A stretch of 64,000 bases of DNA from assembly GCF_004010195.1 (NCBI RefSeq), contig NC_057719.1, positions 52,286,263 to 52,350,262 on the forward strand. The letters are read 5' to 3'. Origin of the DNA: Chiloscyllium plagiosum. Its lineage: Eukaryota. The notes under the pieces were generated by a model. That model was given only the letters and a program-made list of their open reading frames with translations. It was not told the origin of the DNA and ran no database searches. Numbering within the stretch: the stretch's first letter is position 1; each line of letters opens with the position of its first letter. Made by a program: the position numbers and the translations under genes. Of the stretch, positions 49,270 through 60,480 are shown piece after piece.

Positions 49270-49550
49270 GGACCTGAATAGAAGTTTATAAAACAATGAG
49301 AGGTATAGGTAATGATAGTTGTCTTTTCCCTAGTAAGGGAGATTTCAAGACTAGGGGCTACATTTTTACAATGAGAGAAGAGAGGTTTCAAAAAGACAGG
49401 AGGGGAAATCTTTTACACGTAGGGTGGTTTGCATGCATTTAGAGAGGCAAGGACCGATTTTGGATAGTCAGCATGGCTTCGTGCTTACGGAAATCGTGTG
49501 TCTCAATTTTGATTGAATTTTTGAGGACCTAACCATACAGATTGATGATT
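49270..49550 (+). mobile_element. Two short CR1 fragments
   Basis: gaagtttataaaacaatgagaggtatag..ttcaagactagggg; gatagtcagcatggcttcgtg..aaatcgtgt. Confidence 0.7.
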
Positions 49551-49619
49551 CCTAATTAAGACTCTCCAATGGCTTCCATCTAGAATAGTAAGATTAAGTT
49601 GGACTTTAGACCCAGTCAA

Positions 49620-50300
49620 GGAAAAAGGTCTGTGCCAGCAAATGACCCCAACCACAACCTGGAGGGAGGGATTTGGCATCACAGCATGTACAATGTGTGG
49701 AACCATAGACACTTAGAACACATGGTGGGTAGTTGTATTGCTTCAACCTCGAGGAAATGAATGCCATTGTAATCCACATAGCTGTGTGCATGTGCATGAA
49801 GTCTCTGATTGCCAACACTTCTCACCCATGAGGCTGTGCAGGTTAGTAGTGGGTGAACTTTCGGGTTTGAGAACAAGTGATGGAAGATGTTTCAGGCAAT
49901 AATGAGCTTGGTAGAGTGTGAGCCTTGGTGGAAGATGGGTGCAGTAATAGTCAAGTAAGTTTGAGGTTGTAAAGAGAAGATTGTGGCACGTACCCTGGCA
50001 GAGCAGAGAAGGTCATTGACCTTTTTATGGCACTGTTGGCTGTTCTTCTGGAACATGGAAACTGGATTGAGCCAGGTGGTGAGCTCAGACCAAGCTGCCA
50101 GAGTCTGGTATCACAGCCTACACTGATGGTCCTCGGGGTAGAGGATGCCCCTCCTCTACACTAGTTCCCCTACTGGGACCTCCAAGGTCCTGTAGCAGAC
50201 TCGCAGTGTCATACTCCCTTCTTTTGTGGTATGTGTCCATCACACTCGTCCCACAGTTTTGAAATGCCAGTGCTGATCTTTTGGCAGATATCTGTTGAGT
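49620..50300 (-). mobile_element. Decayed PIF/Harbinger Myb/SANT-like ORF relic
   Basis: Minus strand reads DLEVPVGELV*RRGILYPED..TLAAWSELTTWLNPVS..QQCHKKVNDLLCSAR|gtacgt. Confidence 0.65.
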
Positions 50301-51055
50301 TGTGAGATGATCCCAGAATGGCAAGTGGTAAAATGTAGTTAGATTTGGATAAGAGAGAAAAGTGGGATGGTAAATAATAAGGTGAGTTGGTAAGATATGG
50401 CCTGAAACCTTGAGAGGCCGTGTGGTAAGGAACTCTTCAAAAAGCTTGACATGACTTGTATTTAGCCAATAAAATGTAAAATTCAGCTCATAGTCTTTTT
50501 TGTTGGAACTTAAACGTCCCTCGCAATATGAGGCCCTCAAATGTAACAGACAATTCTGTCCAACCAAGTCACCTGTGTGTTTGGGCTCCTCTTGTGCTTT
50601 CTTAAATAACTCAGTCAGTATAACCCTTCATCCTGTCCACTTCATTTGTTTGTACAGCCTACTCTAAAATGCTTGTGTACTTTTACTTCAATTATTTGCT
50701 TAATTACAATCACCACATTTTCATCAATTTCTGCATGAAGAAGTTTCTTTTGAATTGGTTATTTGATTTCTTGTTGACTAACTTATAATGTTTATTTTTT
50801 GTTTCGCTCTTCTTTGCAAGTTTAAATACACTGTATTTTAGGGTGTAGGTTTGCTCGCTGAGCTGTAGGTTTGATATCCAGATGTTTCATTACCTGGCTA
50901 GGTAACATCATCAGTGGCGACCTCCAAGTGAAGCGAAGCTATTGTCTCCTGCTTTCTATTTATATGTTTGTCCTGGATGGGGTTCCTGGGGTTTGTGGTG
51001 ATGTCATTTCCTGTTCGTTTACTGAGGGGTTGATAGATGGTATCTAAATCAATGT

Positions 51056-51243
51056 GGAAAATGTGAGGACTGCAGGTGCTGAAGATCAGAGCTTAAAAAT
51101 GTGTTGCTGGAAAAGCACAGCAGGTCAGGCAGCATCAAAGGAACAGGAGAATCGACATTTCGGTCATAAGCCCTTCTTCAGGAATGAGGAGGGTGTGCCA
51201 AGCAGGCTAAGATAAAAGGTAGGGAGGAGGGACTTGGGGGAGG
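51056..51243 (-). mobile_element. Second-family PLE pLTR nested in the Penelope element, running into the gap
   Basis: Near-identical to 47386-47520; CTGAAGAAGGGCTTATGACCGAAATGTC on minus strand. Confidence 0.8.
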
Positions 51244-51561
51244 NNNNNNNNNNNNNNNNNNNNNNNNNNNNNNNNNNNNNNNNNNNNNNNNNNNNNNNNN
51301 NNNNNNNNNNNNNNNNNNNNNNNNNNNNNNNNNNNNNNNNNNNNNNNNNNNNNNNNNNNNNNNNNNNNNNNNNNNNNNNNNNNNNNNNNNNNNNNNNNNN
51401 NNNNNNNNNNNNNNNNNNNNNNNNNNNNNNNNNNNNNNNNNNNNNNNNNNNNNNNNNNNNNNNNNNNNNNNNNNNNNNNNNNNNNNNNNNNNNNNNNNNN
51501 NNNNNNNNNNNNNNNNNNNNNNNNNNNNNNNNNNNNNNNNNNNNNNNNNNNNNNNNNNNNN
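51244..51561. other. Assembly gap
   Basis: Run of N. Confidence 1.
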
Positions 51562-53169
51562 TGTCTTTTTGTGGCTAGCTGGTGTTCGTGTATCCTGGTG
51601 GCTAACTTTCTTCCTGTTTGTCCTACGTAATGTTTGTGGCAGTCCTTGCATGGAATTTTGTAGATACCGTTGGTTTTGTCCATGGGTTATACTGGGTCTT
51701 TTAAGTTTGCTAGTTTTTGTTTGAGAGTGTAGGTGGGTTTGTGTGCTACTAGGATTCTGAGGGGTCTTAGTAGTCTGGCTGTCATTTCTGAAACTTGTGA
51801 ACATTAATAATTGAGTAAGTGCACAATTGTTCAGATGATATAACAATTGTGTCCCACCAACTGTTCTGGGTTGTGTCCTTATTAATATGGAACTCCACCT
51901 GTGGCCAACGTTGAGGATTGTGGCCAGTCAGTTGAATTCTCTGAGCTCCTTGTCACACTGAGGACTGCTAATCAGTTTTGGGGTGGTCAGCTACTTGCAG
52001 TCTGCAATGTTCATCACCTCATGGAGAAGCCATGCAAATATTTGGATAAGGTCACACTTGGTGAGTTTATTTTAAATAGACAAATGCCTCATCACCTAAT
52101 TAGAGAAGGACATGAATGGATGAATGAAATTCTCACCATTCCAACCTTTATTTGAGGAAACTACAGCCAAGGGAATGGGAATTGATTGGGAAATACCTTT
52201 CCTGTAGATTAGTCGGTTAGGTGCCTACTAAGTAATGCTTAAGCTGTCTTAAATTCAGTATGTTCATGACTAGTCAAATATCCTAAAACGTGAAATCTTG
52301 TCATGCGATCCTTTTGAGTTGGTCATCTAATTTTTTAATGTGTCATTCTCTAAGGGCTTTCTAGCAATGTTTTTGGAACGACGCTTCATTCCTCGAATTT
52401 GATTGATCCCTGTGCTTTACTACAAGATATCTACTAATATTTCTATAGATCCAGAGTGAGCCCATCTTTTTATAAAGTTAGAAGAGTGGGCTGAGAATTG
52501 CTGCCAGAGAACAGTCTGCCTGACTCAACACAGAGTAGTGACAAATTTTGAAGAGTCAGCTATCTAAAGAAGTCAGCTAGGATATGTTTCTATTTTTAAG
52601 AAAAATATAACATATTATAGTGAAGAAAACAAAGAGTGTTCCCAGGATAACGTGATTATGGACTAAGGTATGCTACCTTAAAAAGATAGAAATCTGGTGT
52701 CTTTGTGGATTCCCTTGAGTTCCCTCAAGATTGTGTGATAGAATAGTGCATCTGGTGATGTGTGCTCATATGCATGAAAACAGCTACTTATTGGTAATGA
52801 TTTACAAATTATACTTAAATTTGCCAACATGTTTCATGTTTATATAATTATGTGTGGCATAATGTTTAGGTATTATACCAATGGGTTATAATTGCTTCTA
52901 TGTCAAATGGAACATCATATTATGAGAAAGGAAAGGAACTACACACTTTGAAATTATCATTAACCTATTGAGGCCATAGCTCATTCACGTTAAAAAAGAA
53001 AGACTGAAAATCCAGAAGTTGATTAAAAGCTTTCTTAGACTGATATTGCTATCAGCACAAGCTTGTCCTCTATTTTCACCATCTGTAACAACGACTGTAC
53101 CTTGCTCTTGAATACAAACAAAAAATTCCAAAGTGCTTGACAGAGACATATGGAGGGATGGATGCTGAG

Positions 53170-53340
53170 GCATTGAAGGAACAATTAGGAGGGTTTAATA
53201 AAAGATTTGACAAAGGAGATGGATTCAAGAGTGATTTTAAAAGGACGTGAGAAGGTTGGGAAATGTTAGGATTTCGCAAGGGAATTCTGAAATGTGGGGC
53301 CTCAGTGCTGAGTGTTTGGTTGCTACATTGAGATGAAGTG
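53170..53340 (-). mobile_element. Old L2-like 3' end fragment
   Basis: Minus strand ..ctcagcactgaggcccc..cagaattccc..ccttttaaaatcactcttgaatccatctc; same family as 59080-59420. Confidence 0.45.
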
Positions 53341-53920
53341 AGCAATGAAAGTGGCCAACAGCCTCAGAACTAGGCCCAACATAAAACTGGCTGCACAATT
53401 TCTGCAAGCAAAGCCTGATCAAATACAAAGAATCCAAAGCCATAGGTCAAAAGCAAACAAGATCCAGCTCAGACCTGTGTTATACAGATAAGGTGTGCTC
53501 ATTATGACCAGAAACTCATTAAGTGGTACTCAGCCAGAGCAATAAAGAGAAGCATTATGTTTGTGTATATCCAAGTTTTGGCCAGACGCCTTGCCCCTGT
53601 GGAATAATCATATCTCATAAAGGGGATGGGTAAACCTAGGATAAACCTAGGGTGATGTGACCCAGCTGAAGTCAGAGAAATTCCAAAAGGGCTCAGAAAG
53701 GGTGGAGAAGAAAGGATACCTGACAGACATTCCTCAGTGAAGACTCGACAGGTGAAGTTTCCGTGTGAGTCCCACTTTCATACTGAGAAGAACCTGAGCG
53801 CCACCCTGACAGAGCTCAGTGAATTGGATCAAGCAGCCCAATCAAGTTCACCAGAGTGGGGAGCATATGCGTTTTTCAGGCAGTCAGCCTAATTTGGGAA
53901 ATGTTAATTTAATTTATGCA

Positions 53921-54100
53921 TGATGTAGAGGTGCTGGTGTTGGACTGGGGTGGACAAGATCAGAAGTCACATGTCACCAGATTATAGTCCAAAAGGTTTG
54001 TTTGAAATCACAAGTTTTTGGAGTGTTGCGCTCTGAAAACTTTTGATTTCAAATAAACCTGTTGGACTATAACCTGGTGTCATGTCATTTCTGACTTAAG
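53921..54100. mobile_element. Foldback PLE mini-element
   Basis: ccagattatagtccaaaaggtttgtttgaaatca / tgatttcaaataaacctgttggactataacctgg inverted arms. Confidence 0.8.
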
Positions 54101-54233
54101 TTATGTATGAATTATTTCTTTAACTTGGAAGTGTTTTTAATAAAGCTAAGTTTGAACTGCAGTCCTTTGTTTGTCTAACATAGTAATAAACTGGCTGAAC
54201 TATCTGTATAGAATATTTCACAGGCAGCAAAGA

Positions 54234-54296
54234 GTTTGGTGGGAATGATGGTGGGAATGTTTGGGAATGATGGTGGGAATGTTTGGTGGGAATGAC
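54234..54296 (+). repeat. Short imperfect tandem repeat (tggtgggaatga/gtt)
   Basis: Five gggaatg units in ~60 bp. Confidence 0.8.
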
Positions 54297-55369
54297 GCAG
54301 CACAGAAGTGGTACAGTTGACATTTTCTGCGCATATAACCGCACATTCCTACAAATACAACTGTTTAAGCACCAGGCCGCTCACCTTACTTTTTAGTCAC
54401 ATCCCATCACATCTTTCTCTCTAAAACACCATTCCTCTTTCCCCAATGTCCACTATAACTCAGTACTTTATTGTTCAGTGTAGGATGCTCACATACAGAA
54501 AGCCTTCAACTGTCCCAAAAACTCTCACTTGCAAACACAAGAAACAAAAAAGAATCAAACAAGCAGAGGCTGAACTTCATTCTCAGAACACAAAATCTGG
54601 TTGCATGTAATCACCAACAACTTTACAGTCAATGACTGATCACTGCATCCACCTCTTTGCTACTGGAGCCAAGTGCCTAGTTTATAAAGCAAGATGCACT
54701 TGAAGTCGATCATGTACAAAGTGATGTTCTTTCTGCTCAACGTCCTAATTTTCCTAATTGGCAGACTGCTTCCATTTTATCAGCTTCCATTACATTTGTT
54801 CTTTGCCTGCTCCAATAGTACAGAGCCCATATGATTATGCAGCACACTCTGTCTGCAGTATACTGCCAGGTACCATCTGACTGATCCAAGCAGCAAATCT
54901 TCATCTCAGTTAGACAGACTAGCACCATAAGCAAAGTTAAACCAAATTACATCCTCAGTTACATGGATGAAGTTTGAATTTTGTGAAGGGAAGAGGAGCT
55001 CAAATGTTGCCTAGTTTGACACTTATGGAGAAATCTAAACTAGTCTCCACTGTTGTTCATTATCTTCTCTTGATTAATACCAGCAGACACAATGATTACA
55101 GCCTGCACTGTTACTGCAATCTACTTCTTTACTTATGACTCAGTCAGTTTAAACACCACAGCATAAAATTGCATCAGGTTGCAAACAAAGTTGCCTTTAG
55201 TTCATTGCAGAGACTTGGGTGAGGCAGAGCTGACCAGGCTTCAGTCACTGAGCTGGGTCTGTCCTTCATCTCTAAACTCTGTCATCGGAAGTCCTGCTTC
55301 TGCGATGATTGCTCTGAAGTTTTTAAAACACTTATCTTTATAAGTTTTCACTTGAAAGGTTTAGAAAGT

Positions 55370-55690
55370 GGGCGGCACGGTGGCACAGTGGCTAGCACTG
55401 CTGCCTCACAGCCCCAGAGACCTGGGTTCAATTCCCGCCTCAGGCGACTGACTGTGTGGAGTTTGCATGTTCTCCCCGTGTCTGCGTGGGTTTCCTCCGC
55501 ATGCTCCGGTTTCCTCCCACAGTCCAAAGATGTGCAGGTCAGGTGAATTGGCCATGCTAAATTGCCCGTAGTGTTAGGTAAGGGGTAAATGTAGGGGTAT
55601 GGGTGGGTTGCGCTTCGGCGGGGCAGTGTGAACTTGTTGGGCCGAAGAGCCTGTTTCCACACTGTAGGTAATCTAATCTAATCTAATCTA
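55370..55690 (+). mobile_element. HE1-like SINE (young, CpG-rich)
   Basis: GGGCGGCACGGTGGCACAGTGG..GGTTCAATTCC..(taatc)n. Confidence 0.93.
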
Positions 55691-56034
55691 AAAAAAAAGC
55701 TTGACTCCTGCTCAGAACCCTTGTGAATTTAAAATCATCCATCCAATGGATGTATAGACAGGTTATATCTGTCTCATTGTTCTCTCTTTTGATTTAATTT
55801 AGTAACATTTGGCAGCCCTTATCATCAGAGTCCTGATTAATTAGCAATGCCTGGTTCTGCCTTTCACAGGAGACTATTGTTACTGTGAAGTTGGTCACTT
55901 TTTCCCATCATCCTTGTGAAGACTTAACTGTTAACCAGACTGGTACTATGTAGGCATTAAGATGCAGCCATATGGATACACCACAGAGTCTTGTACCAAA
56001 GAAAGCAACAAAGAGATTGTCAGAACAGTCTCTG

Positions 56035-56350
56035 CATTCTGAAGAACATGGACTTGAAACATTGACGCTGTTTTCTCTGTCCACAGATGCTGCCAGAGCT
56101 GCTGAGTTTCTCCAAAACTTTGTTTTCATTTCAAATCTTCAACATTTTCTGTGATGTGAAGGAGCCGGTATTAGATAGGGGTGGACAAAGTTAAAAATCT
56201 CACAACACCAGTTTATAGTCCAACAGGTTTATTTGCAAACACTAGCTTTCGAAGCGCTGTTCCTATCTGATGAAGGAGCAGTGCTCCAAAAGCTGGTGCT
56301 TCCAAATAAACCTGTTGGACTATATCTGGTACTGTGTGATTTTTAACATT
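56035..56350. mobile_element. Adjacent PLE pieces: pLTR fragment (56035-56150) and foldback mini-element (56160-56350)
   Basis: ctgaagaacatggacttgaaacattg..; arms tatagtccaacaggtttatttg / caaataaacctgttggactata around CTGATGAAGGAGCAGTGCTCC. Confidence 0.8.
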
Positions 56351-57709
56351 TACAGCGTTATGCTTTGTTCTATTAAAAAGACCTCTTGTCCTCCAATAGT
56401 ACAGCACATAGGCTAGATTTCTAGTTTAGTTGACATGTTCTTTCTTGCAGAGTTTCTGTTTGCTGTAATGCTTCAGTTATGTTTCTGGATTGTAGTTGCT
56501 TTGAGGCTTTAAACCTGAAAGTAGCACAGCAGTTTCCAGCCCAAAAGCTGAATTTAACCAATTTAAGGCAGGTCTCCAGCAAGTGGGGCAACTGCTCAAA
56601 GCTAATGTGAATGATCTGACTTCAGGAGGTGTGGCTGTGTTGGCTGCAAGGCCAACAGAGGGTAAAAATTTAAGATCACATTTGTGTAGGATGGTGAAAA
56701 ATCTATTTCCTTTTTTACGTTTTGTTTTCATGAATTTTTAGTGAGATGACTTGAAATACAAGAACTGTGGCACAAAAGAAGTGACACTGTAGCAAACACA
56801 AGGAATGATAAGCATTAAGTCTACATGCTTACAACTGGACCGGTGTATTCATATAACAGAAATCACATTAAATCTGAGTGAATCTCAGTGTGCCACACAT
56901 TTCACTCCAGGGTGTTTTTGAACAGAGCATCCAGGTTTTTCTTTTGACAGATTCTGTACACTTCTATCTTGATTAATGATGAGGAACAACAAAAATCCCA
57001 ACTGCTGTCAGCTGCTGCATTTTTATTACCAGTGTTTCATTGCTCAATTGTGTAGTACCGAATTTAATATCCACTGACTTTCAGAACATTACTTCATGCA
57101 ATAAAAGAAGGAGTAATGATATATAAAATGTAAATGTTTCATTCCCACTGTGCTTATGATATTTGATCAATTTTAACTATGAGTTAAATGTTGTGAAAAA
57201 CAGCTCAGGGTAACCTGTACAGAAACTTGATTGATCACGATATATTACATATGCAGCTAGATGTAATTACCTTCCATTTTCAGAAATCTGAACATTCTCT
57301 AAGATGTTAGTTTCTGAACAAACTTCTGAAGAAATGTCAAGCCAGATGTCATCCACTATGCTTTTCTCAAATAATAAAATAACTCCCTATTTCTTTCATG
57401 TATTTCAATTAATGAGTCTTCATCCTTCACCCGACATGATTTGGCAAAGAGTCACCTGGCCAAGCAAACTACATCAAGCCTTATAACTTTAATATGAATT
57501 GATTGCTACTCATTACGTTAGACCTGAAGATCAAACATATACATAGAATATTAGAAAATTAGATTTTTCTTTACTATAAATATAACAAATGTCAGAAATA
57601 TAATTTTAATGATGACAATTACAAATACAAGAAGAAAATTAAAATTGATAAGTTAAAAGCAGCAAATGGAGTTGATGAAAATATATCTATTGAAATATTT
57701 CTGCTTTAA

Positions 57710-57943
57710 ATTTAGAATGTTTTAGTGTTTCTTTAGTCAGCAAACTGCAAATCAAATCTTAAAATCGCTGAATCTTCAATAGTATCAACGTTCAAATGAA
57801 AATATTTTGTAAATACAAAAGCCAGACATGCAGGGCCATCATTAGTAGCATAATTGACTTTGGATTCTTGAGGGACAAATATACATTCTGTCACTTGTAA
57901 CATATTGAACAAAACAGATGTCAAGAGAATTGAAGTGGTGCAA
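57710..57943 (+). repeat. Inverted duplication, left arm (234 bp)
   Basis: Reverse complement of 59161-59394 with one mismatch (checked by eye). Confidence 0.97.
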
Positions 57944-58459
57944 TGAAAGAACATGTTTCAATTTAGGATGCACTGAGAGATAAAAGTCCTGAAAGTGCAT
58001 TCTGGCACTGTGGGATACAAGTGTATAAAAACTTCATGTATCCATATGAAGATACTTTGTCTGCTATTTTTATTAGGCATTGAGGTATTTATCTTAAAAA
58101 TATGAATTAACTTGTCTGAATATATTAAATGTTTAGGTACTAGTTGTACCCAGCACAATTTCAATACCTACAAATAATTTAATCCTTGCAATATATAAGA
58201 CCAGAAAGAAGCTTAGAATAAGCAAAGGCATTCTTCCTATTGTTTATACATGACTCCCTCGATGAGTTAAGCAATGGTTTTGTAACTTGTGCTGATCTGT
58301 AATTCAATGCTCTTTAGAAGTATGCCAGTAAACAGTCCCTCTGCCTGGTCACCGTCTGTGGGTGAACTGGACTGTTCACAGCCTTGCTGTCCTTTTTTAC
58401 ACCGGGTGAGCTTCGGACCACATATCGTCTTGATTACCAAGATTGCTTATTTTTACTTC

Positions 58460-58830
58460 AGAAGTGGCAGTAACCTCATGGCAATGTCACAGGATTAGTA
58501 ATCCAGAACCACAGGCTCTAATAGTTTGTGGTTCAGGCTTCAAATCCTACCACAGCAGAGAATGGAGTTGGAATTCAACAAAAAAATCTGTAAGTAAAAA
58601 ATCTTGCCTAATGGCACCCAAGTAACTGTCAATTGTTGTAAATATCCATCTGTTCACTGATGTCCTTTAGGGAAGAAAATCTGCTGTACTTACCTGGTCT
58701 GGCTTACATGTGACACAAGACTCAGGCAATGTGGTTGATTCTTAATGGATCTCCAAAATGGCTGAGGAAACCAAACAGTGGCTAGCCAATAAATGCTAGC
58801 CAACGAGCCCCACATTCCATGAGCTATTAA
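58460..58830 (+). mobile_element. Second SINE family, near full length
   Basis: tRNA-like head (tggcaatgtcac..tagtaatccaga..ttcaaatcctacc), body gtcctttagggaag..ctggtctggc..aatgtggttg, end cccacattccatga. Confidence 0.72.
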
Positions 58831-59160
58831 AACAAAAATAGTCTTTCTACATCACTATCCCCCAACCGAATTCAAATAATTTGCTGCCGAAGTTGTCAAT
58901 CATACTCATTCCGATTCACCTTAGCTCCTGGATTGGTAATGTCCCAAGATGAAAATTCTCATCTTTATTTTAAAATTCCTTACATATCCCTATCTCTGGA
59001 ATCTCCTCCAGCTCCATGAGCTCTCCACTTGTTCAAGCTTGGCTGTGTGGGCATGTCAGATTTTCTTCACCATTAGCAAGCACTCCTCAGTTGCTTAAAC
59101 TCTAATCTTTAGAATTTTCTTCTTAAACTTGCCAGCCCCTTTATCTCTCTCAACCTCCTT

Positions 59161-59394
59161 TTGCACCACTTCAATTCTCTTGACATCTGTTTTGTTCAAT
59201 ATGTTACAAGTGACAGAATGTATATTTGTCCCTCAAGAATCCAAAGTCAATTATGCTACTAATGATGGCCCTGCATGTCTGGCTTTTGTATTTACAAAAT
59301 ATTTTCATTTGAACGTTGATACTATTGAAGATTCAGCGATTTTAAGATTTGATTTGCAGTTTGTTGACTAAAGAAACACTAAAACATTCTAAAT
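59161..59394 (-). repeat. Inverted duplication, right arm (234 bp)
   Basis: See left arm; flanks look like the two halves of an L2-like tail. Confidence 0.97.
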
Positions 59395-59869
59395 ACTGCT
59401 CAAAACATCTACCTTTTAAAATATCTCCAGTGTAGTTTGGTATTAAAATTCTGTCTCTTAATTGCTTTTGTGAACTACCTTTGGATACTTTACTGAAGAG
59501 AATGCATTTTATTCTGATATGTTCAGTATGTTCAGTTGATAGCTTATATTTGTGATCCCTAGAACTTCCTTTCCAGAAATGAGCGTGTATCAATATCAAT
59601 CCAAAGCTAAATTGTGCTAACCTCTGGTTAAACAGCACATGATTTATACTGATATTTATGTACCTTACTCTGTTCTATCCCATTAATAACTTTTTTCTAT
59701 TTCTTCCTCCTTCATGTACTCATTTAGCTTTTGTTTACTTTTAAAAGAATAATGTTTACAGAGCATCATGAATTGAAGTCAATTCAGACAGCGTGCAACA
59801 AATGGTGGAGACATCATTAAGAGCTTGCAAAATAGATTTGTTCATTGGACTAAAGGGAGTGAAAATGAG

Positions 59870-60480
59870 GACCATACCAAGATGAACAGCTAGAGTGACA
59901 GAGAGTATAGGTTTTATTGGATACAAAGGTATCAAAGTGAGGGTGCGGTTGAGAAATCAGTAGCTGCAAATTATTGTGTACAGATGAACAAAAGTTAGCC
60001 AGTTTGGATTTTAAAAGTGCAATTGTTAACGAAGTAAGGACAGTTATTTTCAAGAAAGAAAACCCTTTGGTAAGTCAGGGTGTGTGGATACAGAATGACA
60101 CAAGGAAGAGATGGCTGTAATTGATACGACGGGACTGTCAAGACCACTTGAGATGGCAAGGTCAGGGGAGATGGCCATGAATGTGATTTGGGGAGATAAA
60201 ATGGAGGAATAGATTTAGACAAGCAGTGAATTCCGAGGAGGGAGAGCATAGTGTGAGGTGAAGGTTGGAATTTCTGAGGACAAGAAGTTGTTTGGTGCAG
60301 AGAATGAAGGAGGAAAGCATTGGAAAGGTTTCTGTGAGAAATTTTTTTTTTTCCTTTTTAATCATACTTGGCAAGTAAAGAAAGTGAGTTTGATTGACAG
60401 GTAAGAGGGTGAAACTAGAAAGGTTGCTGAGAGGAACAGAAATAAGTAGCACAACGCCAGACCATAGCCGTGCTATCACT
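59870..60480 (-). mobile_element. Very old L2-like LINE endonuclease remnant
   Basis: Purine-rich plus strand; minus strand WSGVVL (GGGVAL-like) and HGHLP-LTL (GH.LDL-like). Confidence 0.35.

Larger units (their letters stand above)
50838..51795 (-). mobile_element. Penelope-like element 3' part: GIY-YIG endonuclease + pLTR
   Basis: ORF 51207..51683 GIYKIPCKDCHKHYVGQTGRKLATRIHEH; hammerhead-like core at 50881-50914. Confidence 0.9.

Noticed and set aside
52420..54230. Possible solo LTRs (also 32900-34540 and 2700-3200)
   Set aside because: Composition and AATAAA signals are suggestive, but I could not define TG..CA ends or a second copy.
54234..54296. Repeat array as CRISPR-like
   Set aside because: Simple imperfect tandem repeat without unique spacers, in eukaryotic DNA with no cas genes.
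57733..59371. Twin ORFs (73/80 aa) as duplicated genes, or the arms as DNA-transposon TIRs
   Set aside because: The ORFs simply reflect the inverted duplication and have different starts. There is no TSD and no transposase in the loop, and the right arm alone interrupts an older repeat.
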